From Gammaproteobacteria bacterium (lineage in GTDB: Bacteria > Pseudomonadota > Gammaproteobacteria > GCA-001735895): a stretch of DNA of 64,000 nucleotides. The stretch spans positions 64,001 to 128,000 of the forward strand of contig JBNKUM010000101.1 in the NCBI GenBank assembly GCA_050298595.1. The letters run 5' to 3'. The notes beneath the pieces are model-generated. The model worked only from the letters and a program-made list of their open reading frames with translations. It did not search any database and had not been told where the DNA came from. A program made the translations under genes and the position numbers. Positions within the stretch are counted from its first letter, which is position 1, and the number at the start of each line of letters is the position of its first letter. This document shows positions 9,651 to 20,133 of this stretch, in pieces.

Positions 9651-10921
9651 CAGGAGGTGAAGTTGACTGAGGCCTGGGTGCCTCCTGTGGGGTTTTGTGA
9701 CAAACTTAACACCCAGCCCTGATGATCGCAGATTAATTTTGAAACATACAGGCCTATACCGTAGCCCTGGCTGCTATGTCCTCGATAGGCGAAATCAAAG
9801 ATATGTTCCAGTTCGTCCTGGCTAATACCAAATCCGCTATCAATAATCGATAGTTTTTTATCTTCCATCTCAATCCTGATCTCGCTATCAGCCCCATGTT
9901 TTAGCGCATTTTTAATCAGGTTGGTGCAGACCACGGTGGCCAGTGTTTTATCGGCTTTGACGATGTGGGTTTCTAGTAATGTATTTTTAATGTTGATCTT
10001 TTTCGAATGAATATCGCTTTGAAGCATGTTCAAAATATCATCTATCACGAAGCACAGTTTGAGAGGCCTGGTTTCCCTGGATGGATTTTGATCGCGCGTC
10101 ACCTGTAATAACGCATCTATCATTTCGACCATACCACGTGTGGCACGCTGAATTTTTTTTACCTGTGTGCGTGTAGCATCATCATTATGCTGGCAGTCTA
10201 TTAATTCTGTCGAGGTCTGGATAATAGTCATAGGTGAACGCAATTCATGACTTGCCATCGCTGCGAAAGCGATTTGTTTTTCGACGTAGTCATCCATACG
10301 CTTCAGGTACACATCAAATGCCTGTGCAATCTTGCCAACTTCATCTTTTTCATAGTGTTTACTGAGTTGAACACCGCGCTGATCAGGCACCAGATGGGAG
10401 ACTTCTTCACTTAACCTGCTAATGGGGTCGGCCAACTTTCGACTTATTAGATGGGACAGAACAACTACCATGAAGATGAGGACGATCCAGGCAATGATCA
10501 ATATATTAGTCAGTAGCTCTTCGGATTTTTCCAGTTGCGTAATGTCATATTTGATATAAATGACATCTCCATCAAAAGGCTGTACCTGAATATGATATGA
10601 GTTGTCATCCATTTCGATATCGTGATGTATCCCCTGGGGGATTTTACGGAGAAATTCAGGGATAGGGGTAATGGATGCTCGACTCTCAAGGTACATGGTC
10701 ATGCTAGCAGTTTGTGGTAACTCTGCCTGCGGGTTGATTTTTATAATACTGCGAATATTTTCTATCTCAGTACCGATCTGTTTTTCCAGCAGATCATATT
10801 CGAGTTCCTTGTTGGAATAGTGCACTACTATCGTCAGCAGCGTGAGGAAACTGATGGACGCGAGCGAAATACTCAGCAGTAACTTTTTAAACAGTGAGGT
10901 TTCACTGGTGAATATACTCAA
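9647..10921 (-). CDS. two-component sensor histidine kinase (HAMP-HisKA-HATPase)
   Basis: Two TM helices, SHELRSP H-box, NLIKNA, DSGFGI and GYGIGL. Confidence 0.93.
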   Translation of the reverse strand: MSIFTSETSLFKKLLLSISLASISFLTLLTIVVHYSNKELEYDLLEKQIGTEIENIRSIIKINPQAELPQTASMTMYLESRASITPIPEFLRKIPQGIHHDIEMDDNSYHIQVQPFDGDVIYIKYDITQLEKSEELLTNILIIAWIVLIFMVVVLSHLISRKLADPISRLSEEVSHLVPDQRGVQLSKHYEKDEVGKIAQAFDVYLKRMDDYVEKQIAFAAMASHELRSPMTIIQTSTELIDCQHNDDATRTQVKKIQRATRGMVEMIDALLQVTRDQNPSRETRPLKLCFVIDDILNMLQSDIHSKKINIKNTLLETHIVKADKTLATVVCTNLIKNALKHGADSEIRIEMEDKKLSIIDSGFGISQDELEHIFDFAYRGHSSQGYGIGLYVSKLICDHQGWVLSLSQNPTGGTQASVNFTSC

Positions 10922-11598
10922 GATGCTGTTTCCGCATAGATACGATATCCTACACCGTGTACGGTATGGATTAATCGCTGAGCAAAAGGCTGGTCTACCA
11001 GCTGGCGTAGATGATGGATATGTACGCGTAGAGGATCCCCCTCTGGTGTGTCATCATGCCAGAGGTAGTCGAGCAATTCCTGCCGGGAAACTACCCGGTC
11101 ATGATGTTTCATTAGATATTCGAGGATTGCAAAGGCTTTTGGTTTCAGGCTGATTGTCGTATCGCCCCGATGTACTTCACGGGTTTTGAGGTCGAGATTC
11201 AGGTCTTCGATTTGATAATATGTGTCAGCGCTTACCTGATGGCGTCGAGTAAGGGCGTTTACCCGGACTTCAAGCTCACGTAATGAAAAAGGCTTGACCA
11301 GATAATCGTCAGCACCCGCCTCGAAGCCTTCTACCTTATTCTCTACCGTATCTCTGGCGGTCAGCATTAAAATGGGCGTGTAGGTTTGTTTCGAGGATTT
11401 GAATTCACGACATACGCTGATGCCATCTTTGCCGGGAAGCATAAGATCCAGAATGATGAGGTCGAATGTATTTTCAAGCGCGAGCTTAAGCCCCAGATTA
11501 CCATTGTAGGCAAAGTCAAGCTGATGGCCTTTCTGTTCAAAGTACAGGCCTATATTGGATGCAATATCAGCATCATCTTCAATGACAAGAATTTTCAT
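10918..11598 (-). CDS. OmpR family response regulator
   Basis: IEDD, LDLMLP, GADDYLVKPF and a C-terminal wHTH (TVHGVGYR). Confidence 0.95.
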   Translation of the reverse strand: MKILVIEDDADIASNIGLYFEQKGHQLDFAYNGNLGLKLALENTFDLIILDLMLPGKDGISVCREFKSSKQTYTPILMLTARDTVENKVEGFEAGADDYLVKPFSLRELEVRVNALTRRHQVSADTYYQIEDLNLDLKTREVHRGDTTISLKPKAFAILEYLMKHHDRVVSRQELLDYLWHDDTPEGDPLRVHIHHLRQLVDQPFAQRLIHTVHGVGYRIYAETAS

Positions 11599-11604
11599 AA
11601 GCTA

Positions 11605-11637
11605 AATATAGTGAAATCATTGTAAATTATTTGTTAA
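11605..11637 (-). promoter_or_regulatory. putative autoregulatory direct-repeat box plus -10 (leaderless promoter)
   Basis: TTAACAA-N4-TTTACAA, then TATATT 6 nt upstream of the ATG. Confidence 0.45.
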
Positions 11638-11786
11638 AAAAAGGAATTCGTTATCAGAAGGCCCTATATACAGCCAGGCTAAGCAGTTTATTTCCGGTCA
11701 AACTGCTGGAAATACCAGTCCAGAGTTTTATGGATAGCTTCCTCGAAGCTATGTTGTGGTAGCCATCCCAGTTGTATAGGGCTGTT

Positions 11787-14051
11787 CTATTTCTGAATCA
11801 TAATAGTCGGCTGTTCCCCGGATTTTGCGACTATCTGACCGATAATAGCCGCGTCCTGATAACCCAGGCTATGCAGTTGCTGTAAACAGTTATCAGCTTG
11901 TTGGGTGGGTATTCCGGCTAATAGCCCACCCGCAGTTTGTGGGTCAAAAAGTAGCGGGTAGCGGGGGTGCTGCGCATACTGTTCAAAATTTTGGATAGCT
12001 CGTCGAAGACGCAGATTTTGCGGTTGCAGGGAGGATACAATCCCACTATCAACGCATTGCTGAGCGCCATCCAGTAGCGGGAGTTCGTCCAGTATAATCT
12101 CTGCATCAACATTTGATGCTGTCATCATCTCGAACAAATGCCCTATCAATCCAAATCCGGTCAGGTCGGTACAGGCGGATACGGAATGATTTTGCAGGCA
12201 ATGTGATGCAGCCTGGCTTGAGACCAGCATGGATTGAATCGCTGCATCAATCCAGCGGCCTTTGGCTTTGGCTTGCATTTCTGCTGCAAACAGAGTGCCT
12301 GTGCCAATGGCTTTGGTCAGGATGATTTTATCACCAGCCTGTAAACCCTGTTTCTTCATCACCATTGCGGGGTCGATGAGTCCATTTACTGTTAAGCCAA
12401 AGGCGAGTTCGATGCCTTCACTGGAGTGGCCACCAGCCAGTACCGCCCCGCCAGGCTGTAGCATCGATATCGCACCAGACAACAGGTCGAACAGGTTTTC
12501 CTCAACGATTTTTTCACTGGCGAAAGGTACCGTAGCAATGGCCAGTGCAGACTGGGGTTCGGCTCCCATCGCATACAGATCACCTAGCGCATGATTGGCG
12601 GCGATGGCTCCAAAGGTGAAGCTGTCATTAATAAAGGCACGAAAGTAATCCACGCTTTGTACCATGGCCATGCTAGCAGGTACTGTGAACATGGCGCAGT
12701 CGTCAGGTTTTTCTCGCCCTATCAGGACATCTGCACGTGACTCAATGGGTAGGCGCTGCATCACGCGGGATAAAACAGTAGATCCAACCTTCGCACCACA
12801 GCCACCACAGCGCATTGCTTGAGTGCTCAGGATCTTCATCGTCTCTGCATCGGCAATACCGGCTGCCAGCCTGGGCTGATGATCGATCGTCATTTCGGGT
12901 AACTGATTAAATTTCTGCATAAATCTGCGATCAATCCAGTCTTTAACGCCCCATAACCAGGCCGATTCATAAGACCAGTTACCACGCGATGCAACGGCGT
13001 ATTGGTCTCCAGTGCTAATCAGGCCAAGAAAATGCCTTTGAGCACGATAGGCGCGTAAGGGTTTTAGCGTGGCTGCTGCGCGTAAGTTATCAGCTAGCAC
13101 TGGACCCTGTCGAACCGCAAACACACCGGATTTTGGCCTGGGGTTGGGTAATGATGCGACATCGCCGGCTGCAAATATATCCAGGTGTGAAGTGGATTGC
13201 AGCGTTTCATGCACACGGATAAATCCTTTTGCATCGACCGCCAGACCGGCTTGACCCGGCCAGTCGGCAGTAGAAGCACTGGTGGCCCAGATGACTACAT
13301 CGGCAGCATAGCTGGAACCATCACTGGTTATTACCTCGTCGGCCTTCACTGCGCTGACCTGCCTGGAGCAGTGCAGGGTGATATTGCGCTGTTTGAGTAT
13401 GCGCACAAAACGTCTTATCACGCCTTCATTATGCTGGTGCATGATAGTGTCACTGGCACTTAGCAGGGTGTAGTGCAATAGCTCTGGATTTTTACCGGCT
13501 TGCTTTAAGGTGTTTTGCAGGCGCAGTTGGGTTGAAAGCGCAAGCTCTATACCTCCAGCACCACCACCAACCACAACGATACGCATGGCCTGGGTTGAAT
13601 CCTGTACACGCTGAATAAGGGCATTCCATTGATCTAGAAAGCGATCGATCGGTTTGGCAGAGATAGCAAATTGATCGACACCTGGGATATTGGCGCTGTC
13701 CGGGCGTGATCCGGTATTAATCGAGAGCAGGTCATAACGGATAGGTGGGCGCCCTTCAACATGAATCAGTTTGTTTTCTACATCCAGCTGATTGACGCTG
13801 GCATGATAGAGGCGGGCATTAGCGAATCTGGCGAGCTTGCCAAGGTCTATATGGCAGTCATCGTAGTTATAGAATCCGGCTATGTAACCGGGAAGCATAC
13901 CCGAATAGGGTGTGTGAATATCACGAGTTACAAGCGTGATACGCAGGCCGGGCAGAGGGTTCATGGCAAAACGTTTTAGCACGGTAACATGTGCATGTCC
14001 ACCACCGACCAATACCAGATCCTTGACTACGGGTGCCTGTGTTGTCTGCAT
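11787..14051 (-). CDS. selD: pyridine nucleotide-disulfide oxidoreductase fused to selenide,water dikinase (SelD)
   Basis: N-terminal GGGHAH/YSGMLPG NDH2-like domain. C-terminal MRCGGCGAKV, DDCA, TDLTGFGL and DPQTAGGLL SelD motifs. Confidence 0.9.
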   Translation of the reverse strand: MQTTQAPVVKDLVLVGGGHAHVTVLKRFAMNPLPGLRITLVTRDIHTPYSGMLPGYIAGFYNYDDCHIDLGKLARFANARLYHASVNQLDVENKLIHVEGRPPIRYDLLSINTGSRPDSANIPGVDQFAISAKPIDRFLDQWNALIQRVQDSTQAMRIVVVGGGAGGIELALSTQLRLQNTLKQAGKNPELLHYTLLSASDTIMHQHNEGVIRRFVRILKQRNITLHCSRQVSAVKADEVITSDGSSYAADVVIWATSASTADWPGQAGLAVDAKGFIRVHETLQSTSHLDIFAAGDVASLPNPRPKSGVFAVRQGPVLADNLRAAATLKPLRAYRAQRHFLGLISTGDQYAVASRGNWSYESAWLWGVKDWIDRRFMQKFNQLPEMTIDHQPRLAAGIADAETMKILSTQAMRCGGCGAKVGSTVLSRVMQRLPIESRADVLIGREKPDDCAMFTVPASMAMVQSVDYFRAFINDSFTFGAIAANHALGDLYAMGAEPQSALAIATVPFASEKIVEENLFDLLSGAISMLQPGGAVLAGGHSSEGIELAFGLTVNGLIDPAMVMKKQGLQAGDKIILTKAIGTGTLFAAEMQAKAKGRWIDAAIQSMLVSSQAASHCLQNHSVSACTDLTGFGLIGHLFEMMTASNVDAEIILDELPLLDGAQQCVDSGIVSSLQPQNLRLRRAIQNFEQYAQHPRYPLLFDPQTAGGLLAGIPTQQADNCLQQLHSLGYQDAAIIGQIVAKSGEQPTIMIQK

Positions 14052-14290
14052 AAAGTTTTAAAACCGAGGAGATTACGTGATTGTTTCAGTATGAATAGTA
14101 ATTCGACGCAAGCATAAACTAATGTAATGAGCAGGAATAGCTTTGTAATCGGGTTGGGGGTATTAACAAGTTCTGAGAATAAGAGTAGATTGTGCCCTTT
14201 TTTTGCAGCAGACTCCCAGCTTTAGAACAGTTTTCTTATCCACAGGAAATTGTGCTACAGCCGGACTACGCTCTTTAGCTCGGATTAAAG

Positions 14291-16009
14291 ATGTTTTCAG
14301 CAGTAACCAAATCGATACAGAATCGACACTCATACGCAGATATTCAGGCGGATATTCTTGCAGGCCTAACCGTTGGTGTTATCGCGCTACCCCTGTCCAT
14401 GGCGCTGGCAATTGCTAGTGGTGTATCGCCAGAGCGGGGTCTGTATACCGCAATTGTCGCTGGAATTATTATTGCTATTTCAGGCGGTTCAAAAGTCAAT
14501 ATTTCTGGGCCTACTGCAGCTTTTGTAGTGGTTCTGTTGCCTATTGTTCAACAGTTTGGTGTAGGCGGATTACTACTCAGTGGTTTCATGGCAGGCTTTA
14601 TTTTACTCGCGATGGGTGTAGGTAAGCTGGGTAAATTAATTGAGGTTGTGCCTTATCCGGTAACTATTGGTTTTACTTCAGGCATTGGTGTGGTGATCGC
14701 TACCTTTCAAATTAAGGATTTCCTCGGTCTTAGTGTAGAGGCTATGGAAGGTCATTATGTGCATAAGCTGTTTGCGATTATTAAGGCGTTTCCATCTATT
14801 CAGTTGAGTGAAGTTTTTATAGGTGGGCTGACGCTGGCGGTGCTGGTGCTATGGCCAAAATTTCGATCCAGGATTCCTGGTCACCTGGTCGCATTGCTAT
14901 TGAGTTCAGTGGTGGCCGGGTTAGCGCATCAAATATCTTCCGATTTTTCTGTAGCGACCATCGGAAGTCGCTTTCAATTTGATATTAACGGCATTACTGG
15001 CAATGGCATTCCGCCCATCATGCCGAATTTTGACTGGCCATGGAATTTGCCTGCAGCGAATGGAGAAGCTATTGGTCTTAGCTGGGATCTGATTAATGAT
15101 TTATTACCCAGCGCCATAGCGATAGCCATTTTAGGGTCACTGGAATCGCTTTTATGTGCGGTGATTGCTGATGGTATGTCGGGTAAAAAACATAATCCCA
15201 ATGATGAGTTAATCGGGCAGGGTATCGGTAACGTGATTGCTCCTTTGTTTGGCGGCATCCCCGCTACTGCTGCAATCGCTCGAACTGCTGCCAGTATAAA
15301 GGCAGGGAGTCGTTCCCCTCTGGCCTCGGTCGTACATGGGATTTTTATTCTGGCAGCTATCTTTGTGCTGGCGCCTTTATTGTCTTATATCCCTATGGCT
15401 TCGATGGCAGCACTGTTGTTGATGGTTGCATGGAATATGAGTGAAGCCAGGCATTTTGTTCGTACCATTAAGGTGGCGCCAAGAGATGACGTTGTGGTGC
15501 TGATTCTTTGTTTTCTGCTTACTGTGTTCTTCGATATGACGATTGCGGTGGGTGTGGGCATGAGTCTGGCAGCAATTCTGTTTATCAGGAAAAGTATTTC
15601 ATTAAGCACGACGACCAAAGTTGAACATGCGCATGAAGACTATGGTGATTTATCAAACAAGATCACTATCTATGATATCAATGGCTCGCTGTTTTTTGGC
15701 TCGGCACAAAAAGCGCTGCAGAATATTACTAATATTACGCCTGAAGTCAGGGTTATTATTCTTGATATGACTGAAGTGAATATGATCGATATGAGTGCGA
15801 TTGTGGCCATGGAAACCATTATTAAAAATCTGGGTGTTGCCAATGTAGGTTTGATTATAAACAACCTTGAACCCAGAATGATTTTAAAACTTAGAAGAGC
15901 AGGGCTTCGAAAGACGGCAGGGAAGCTTGAGTTTTCGCGTTCTATGAGTGATAGCCTGATAAAAGCTGAAACCATGCTTGAGCATCAGTTCTCAACAACG
16001 CTGCCTTAA
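14291..16009 (+). CDS. dauA: SulP family transporter, C4-dicarboxylate transporter DauA-like, with STAS domain
   Basis: AGLTVGVIALPLSMALAIASG, SGPTAAFVV, PATAAIART and GSLFFG. Confidence 0.85.
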   Translation: MFSAVTKSIQNRHSYADIQADILAGLTVGVIALPLSMALAIASGVSPERGLYTAIVAGIIIAISGGSKVNISGPTAAFVVVLLPIVQQFGVGGLLLSGFMAGFILLAMGVGKLGKLIEVVPYPVTIGFTSGIGVVIATFQIKDFLGLSVEAMEGHYVHKLFAIIKAFPSIQLSEVFIGGLTLAVLVLWPKFRSRIPGHLVALLLSSVVAGLAHQISSDFSVATIGSRFQFDINGITGNGIPPIMPNFDWPWNLPAANGEAIGLSWDLINDLLPSAIAIAILGSLESLLCAVIADGMSGKKHNPNDELIGQGIGNVIAPLFGGIPATAAIARTAASIKAGSRSPLASVVHGIFILAAIFVLAPLLSYIPMASMAALLLMVAWNMSEARHFVRTIKVAPRDDVVVLILCFLLTVFFDMTIAVGVGMSLAAILFIRKSISLSTTTKVEHAHEDYGDLSNKITIYDINGSLFFGSAQKALQNITNITPEVRVIILDMTEVNMIDMSAIVAMETIIKNLGVANVGLIINNLEPRMILKLRRAGLRKTAGKLEFSRSMSDSLIKAETMLEHQFSTTLP

Positions 16010-16466
16010 AGTCCAGGTAGAATTGGCTCGAATAAATTGCATAAGTTCGGATGACATCTGGCAGTTTCAGAAAGTAGTTCTGATCAGTCTGAAAGCAGAC
16101 ATTCGTTTGTGCGGTGCAATAGGCAAGAATGTGAACCAAAAGCGGTCATTGATTAATTTACCTATGAATGAGAATATAATACAACATAAGTCAATATTTG
16201 TGCGTGTCACATAGTCAAGCTGTTATCACAAAATAAAAGGTAAATATGGATCCAAGAATTGAAGAATTGAAATCAAAGGAATTGATAGGGATGCGGATAG
16301 AAATGTCGCTTGCAAATAATAAAACTTCAGATTTTCAAGAGCCTAAAAGACTCAAACTATTCCTGATCTAGATAATGAGTTTATTGAAATTTATCGGCTT
16401 ACTTAGTCGGGAATGCTGTTTTATTAGAAAACAGGCTTCATTGTAATTTATATAATTGATATTGTA

Positions 16467-17798
16467 ATGGATTTACAGATCCCCCAAACTACTTTTACAG
16501 CTCAGGAGTACATCTTCAAAGATGGAGATCCTGGTGAGTGTGCTTACATCATTGAGTCCGGTATGGTGGAGGTGCTGCTTGAGCGTGACGGAGACGAGCT
16601 GGTTATTGCGACCTTGAGTAAAGGTGACATTCTTGGTGAAATATCCCTTATTGATCGGCTACCTAGAACCAGCTCGGCACGAGCAATCGTAAATACTGAG
16701 GTTACCGAAATCCCCTTCGATTACTTAAGCCGGAAAATTGAACAGACGGATCCTACCATTAGAATGTTCCTACGCCATGTCATGGCACGATATCGTGATT
16801 TGAATACCCGGCTAGAAACAGTTACCGCCAGTTTAGCTTCTACTACTGACAAGGGGCCGTTAGAAGAGTACACCTCAACGACGATGGAACTTAAGAATGT
16901 GACAACGCTGTACACTGATCTACAAAATCGTATCGATTCCGCTGTCATAAGACCTTTACCTTTAGATAGCAGGTCGGCAGTCAGTGAAGTTACAATGGAA
17001 TTTGCCAAAGTGATGGTAAGCGAGGAAAAACTATTAAGGACGGCCGTGGAAAATAAGGAGTTCGTGCTGCACTATCAGCCGATAATCGAACTGACGGGAA
17101 AAAAAATAGTCGGCTGCGAAGCCCTGATACGCTGGAACCATCCCTCTGGAGAATTAGTGCTACCCTCACTCTTTATGAGCCAGATAGAAAAAAATAATTT
17201 GATTGTTGACCTGGGATACTGGATAGCAGAGCAGGCATGTCGATTTCAAAATAGTATTTTCGAGCAGTTTCGGTACAATTTTTTTGTCGCCATAAACCTT
17301 TCCGGAAAACAATTTGATGATCAAATGCTGATTCCGAAGCTTACTGATATCATGGAAAGAACTGGTGCCAGGCGTAATCGAATCGAGTTTGAGATAACGG
17401 AAAGTACATTGTTAGATAACCCTGAGTATATTTCAAGAGCGTTACATGAGTTGAAGGAATCTGGTGCTGGTCTCGCGATAGATGACTTTGGTACAGGGTA
17501 TTCTAGTTTCAGTAATCTACATAAACTCCCGTTTGATAAACTTAAAATAGACCGTGCATTTGTAAGCTCCATGACACTTGGAAGCAAAAGTATACAGATA
17601 GTCAAGTCTATGATTAATATGTCTCGCGATCTGGGGATGAGTGTGGTTGCTGAAGGCATTGAGCTTAGAAGTGAAGTTGATATCTTACGTGAATACCAGG
17701 CAACCTACGGACAGGGGTTCTACTTTTCCAGACCTATTAGTGAAGCAAATTTTGTTAAACTCCTACAACCTCAGCCAGCTGTGCACTCCAAGGTTTAA
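16467..17798 (+). CDS. cyclic-nucleotide-binding domain plus EAL c-di-GMP phosphodiesterase
   Basis: GEISL...PRTSSA cNMP cassette; CEALIRW, EITE, DDFGTGYSS and AEGIE. Confidence 0.9.
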   Translation: MDLQIPQTTFTAQEYIFKDGDPGECAYIIESGMVEVLLERDGDELVIATLSKGDILGEISLIDRLPRTSSARAIVNTEVTEIPFDYLSRKIEQTDPTIRMFLRHVMARYRDLNTRLETVTASLASTTDKGPLEEYTSTTMELKNVTTLYTDLQNRIDSAVIRPLPLDSRSAVSEVTMEFAKVMVSEEKLLRTAVENKEFVLHYQPIIELTGKKIVGCEALIRWNHPSGELVLPSLFMSQIEKNNLIVDLGYWIAEQACRFQNSIFEQFRYNFFVAINLSGKQFDDQMLIPKLTDIMERTGARRNRIEFEITESTLLDNPEYISRALHELKESGAGLAIDDFGTGYSSFSNLHKLPFDKLKIDRAFVSSMTLGSKSIQIVKSMINMSRDLGMSVVAEGIELRSEVDILREYQATYGQGFYFSRPISEANFVKLLQPQPAVHSKV

Positions 17799-17930
17799 TC
17801 TAACTACGAAGCACACGATGGGCATAAAGATTAATGGTTTTTTTCTACGTGTTCTCTATGTCCTTCGTGGTTAATTTCTTTTAGCGATATACAACAGCTG
17901 TATCTATTGAAAACTAAACTCTCGCTTTTT

Positions 17931-18430
17931 TCATATTATGTAGGTTGCAGGTGTCACAATCATAGATAATAAAGGTGCCGTAATCATACCGCCTATCATG
18001 GGAGCAGTTATTCTCTGTATCACTTCTGATCCTGTGTCCATGCCGAACATAATAGGCAGCAGACCGGCAGCAATGACACTAACCTTCATAGCTTTAGGTC
18101 TTACCCGTAATATTGCGCATAATGCCAGCAATGAGATCGTCTTTGTTCTCTAGTTGATTATTTACGCGACGTTGTACTAAGGCTTAATCCAGGTAAATAA
18201 GCATGATAATACCAAATTCAGCTGCGACATCTGTCAGGGCTATAAAGCCGACCATGACCGCAACAGAGAGTTTGAAATTGACAATAATCAGTAGCCAGAG
18301 CCCACTTGCTAGAGCTAATAGAAGCGACAGAAATACCAGCATAGCAGCGCTGATTCGATAGAAGATCTGATATAGCAGAATAAAGATAATAGCTATGATG
18401 ACGAAAAACATAACAGTCATCAGGCAATCC
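17931..18430 (-). pseudogene. CusA/SilA heavy-metal RND pump C-terminal remnant
   Basis: LSVAVMVGFIAL...AAEFG and LRVRPKAM...GLLPIM...[23 protein letters not shown], split by a stop and a frameshift. Confidence 0.85.
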
Positions 18431-18692
18431 GCTAACCTATGCCTTCTGTGACACCTTATTTCCCAGTCGGAATAATTCATCTCTAAAGGCGTATAGAAGA
18501 AAAATTGAAAATGAGTATATTATTGCCACTAATAATGACAGTATTCAAAGCTAAGTCGAAAAGTATGGTAGTCTATAGGAATCTAGCCTGGGGCATGAGG
18601 GCACTAAAAAATGGCACTGGTGATTTTCTTGAAATTAACTATCTTTGCATGTAAATCACAGTATCGATTTGCATGATTTACGGATTGTTATA

Positions 18693-20111
18693 ATGGGTGA
18701 TGAAGTCAGCAAAGATCATTTTAGCGCCAGAGACTATCAACGCTTTGAAAAAAAACTGGCAGTGGAAATGGATTTTGTACGCCAGCTATTTGCTGAGCAG
18801 CGCTTTGATAACTTGAGCAGACGGCTGGGTTACGAGCTGGAACTCTGCCTGCTGGATTATCAGGGAAAACCTGTCGGTCTGAATCACGAAGTACTACAGC
18901 AGGCTGATAACCCCTTATTCACCTACGAACTAGCGCGCTATAACCTGGAAATCAATGGACATGCTTTTAATGTTGATACGCAGGTGTTGCAAAACATACA
19001 GCAGGATCTTGATCAATTATTCCGGCAGGTTGTCAAGGTTACCGATGACTTAAATATACAGCCCGGATTGTTTGGTGTGTTACCCAGCCTTCGCCAGGAA
19101 CACCTTGATAGCGAATTTTATATGTCCGATATGTTTCGCTACCGACTATTGAATCAGCAATTGATGAGTATGCGTGGGCAGGATGTTCGGTTAGAGATAC
19201 AGGGAGCAGATCGTCTTCAGGTAGAACGCAGCGATGTCATGCTAGAAGCGCTGGGTACATCGCTTCAGGTTCATTTACAGATCCCTTATGAAGAAGCCGT
19301 AGATAGTTACCATGCCGCTTTATGGTCAAGTATGGCGATGCTTGCAGTGAGTGCTAACTCACCGCTTGTATTGGGTAAATCCTGCTGGCAGGAATCCCGT
19401 ATTGCTATCTTCAAACAATCGGTAGATACACGAAACACGCAGGAAATCCGTGATGCGATTGTCCCAAGGGTGCATCTATCGAAAGGTTATATCAGTTCCT
19501 TTCTGGATTTGTTTGAAGATAATGGCTATTACAGTCCAATTCTGCCTGAGGTGATTGACTGTCCCGTTGAAGAGTTGCACCATTTTAATTTACATAATGG
19601 CACCATCTGGCGTTGGGTCCGTCCTATTTTAGGATGTGACTCCAGCAACAGTTATCACCTTCGCCTGGAATTACGGGTTGCACCTTCTGGACCAACTCTG
19701 GTCGATACACTGGCGAATATAGCCTTCTATGTTGGCCTGACTGAAGGCTTACGTATGCAGCCGCAGCAATTAACCCAGATTCCATATCATAGTCTGGATC
19801 AGGATTTTTATCATGTGGCCAGACATGGACTGGGTGCAGAGGTGACCTGGTGTAATGGTAAAATGGGCAGTATGCAGCAAATTCTTTTAAAGTATGCGAT
19901 TCCGATTGCCCATCAGGGCCTGATCAATTTGGGTATCGGGCAGGTGGATCAATGGATCGATATTATTCAGCAACGTACCATCACAGGTCAGACAGGTGCA
20001 AAATGGATGCTGGATCACTGGTCCAAATATTCTGATACTTCAAAATTGGTGCGGCAGTATATGCAACATGCGCGTAAGAATATTCCAGTTCATCTGTGGC
20101 CGACATCTTGA
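18693..20111 (+). CDS. glutamate-cysteine ligase family 2 (GCS2)-like carboxylate-amine ligase
   Basis: GYELELCL, ELARYNLEIN, TSLQVHLQ, ANSP, HNGTIWRWVRP and HLRLELR. Start placed at MGDEV. Confidence 0.8.
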   Translation: MGDEVSKDHFSARDYQRFEKKLAVEMDFVRQLFAEQRFDNLSRRLGYELELCLLDYQGKPVGLNHEVLQQADNPLFTYELARYNLEINGHAFNVDTQVLQNIQQDLDQLFRQVVKVTDDLNIQPGLFGVLPSLRQEHLDSEFYMSDMFRYRLLNQQLMSMRGQDVRLEIQGADRLQVERSDVMLEALGTSLQVHLQIPYEEAVDSYHAALWSSMAMLAVSANSPLVLGKSCWQESRIAIFKQSVDTRNTQEIRDAIVPRVHLSKGYISSFLDLFEDNGYYSPILPEVIDCPVEELHHFNLHNGTIWRWVRPILGCDSSNSYHLRLELRVAPSGPTLVDTLANIAFYVGLTEGLRMQPQQLTQIPYHSLDQDFYHVARHGLGAEVTWCNGKMGSMQQILLKYAIPIAHQGLINLGIGQVDQWIDIIQQRTITGQTGAKWMLDHWSKYSDTSKLVRQYMQHARKNIPVHLWPTS

Positions 20112-20133
20112 GTAACAACTGGTAAAAGTATTA

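Noticed and set aside
12803-12817. SelD active-site region checked for a Sec (TGA) codon
   Set aside because: It reads MRCGGC with ordinary Cys codons in an uninterrupted frame.
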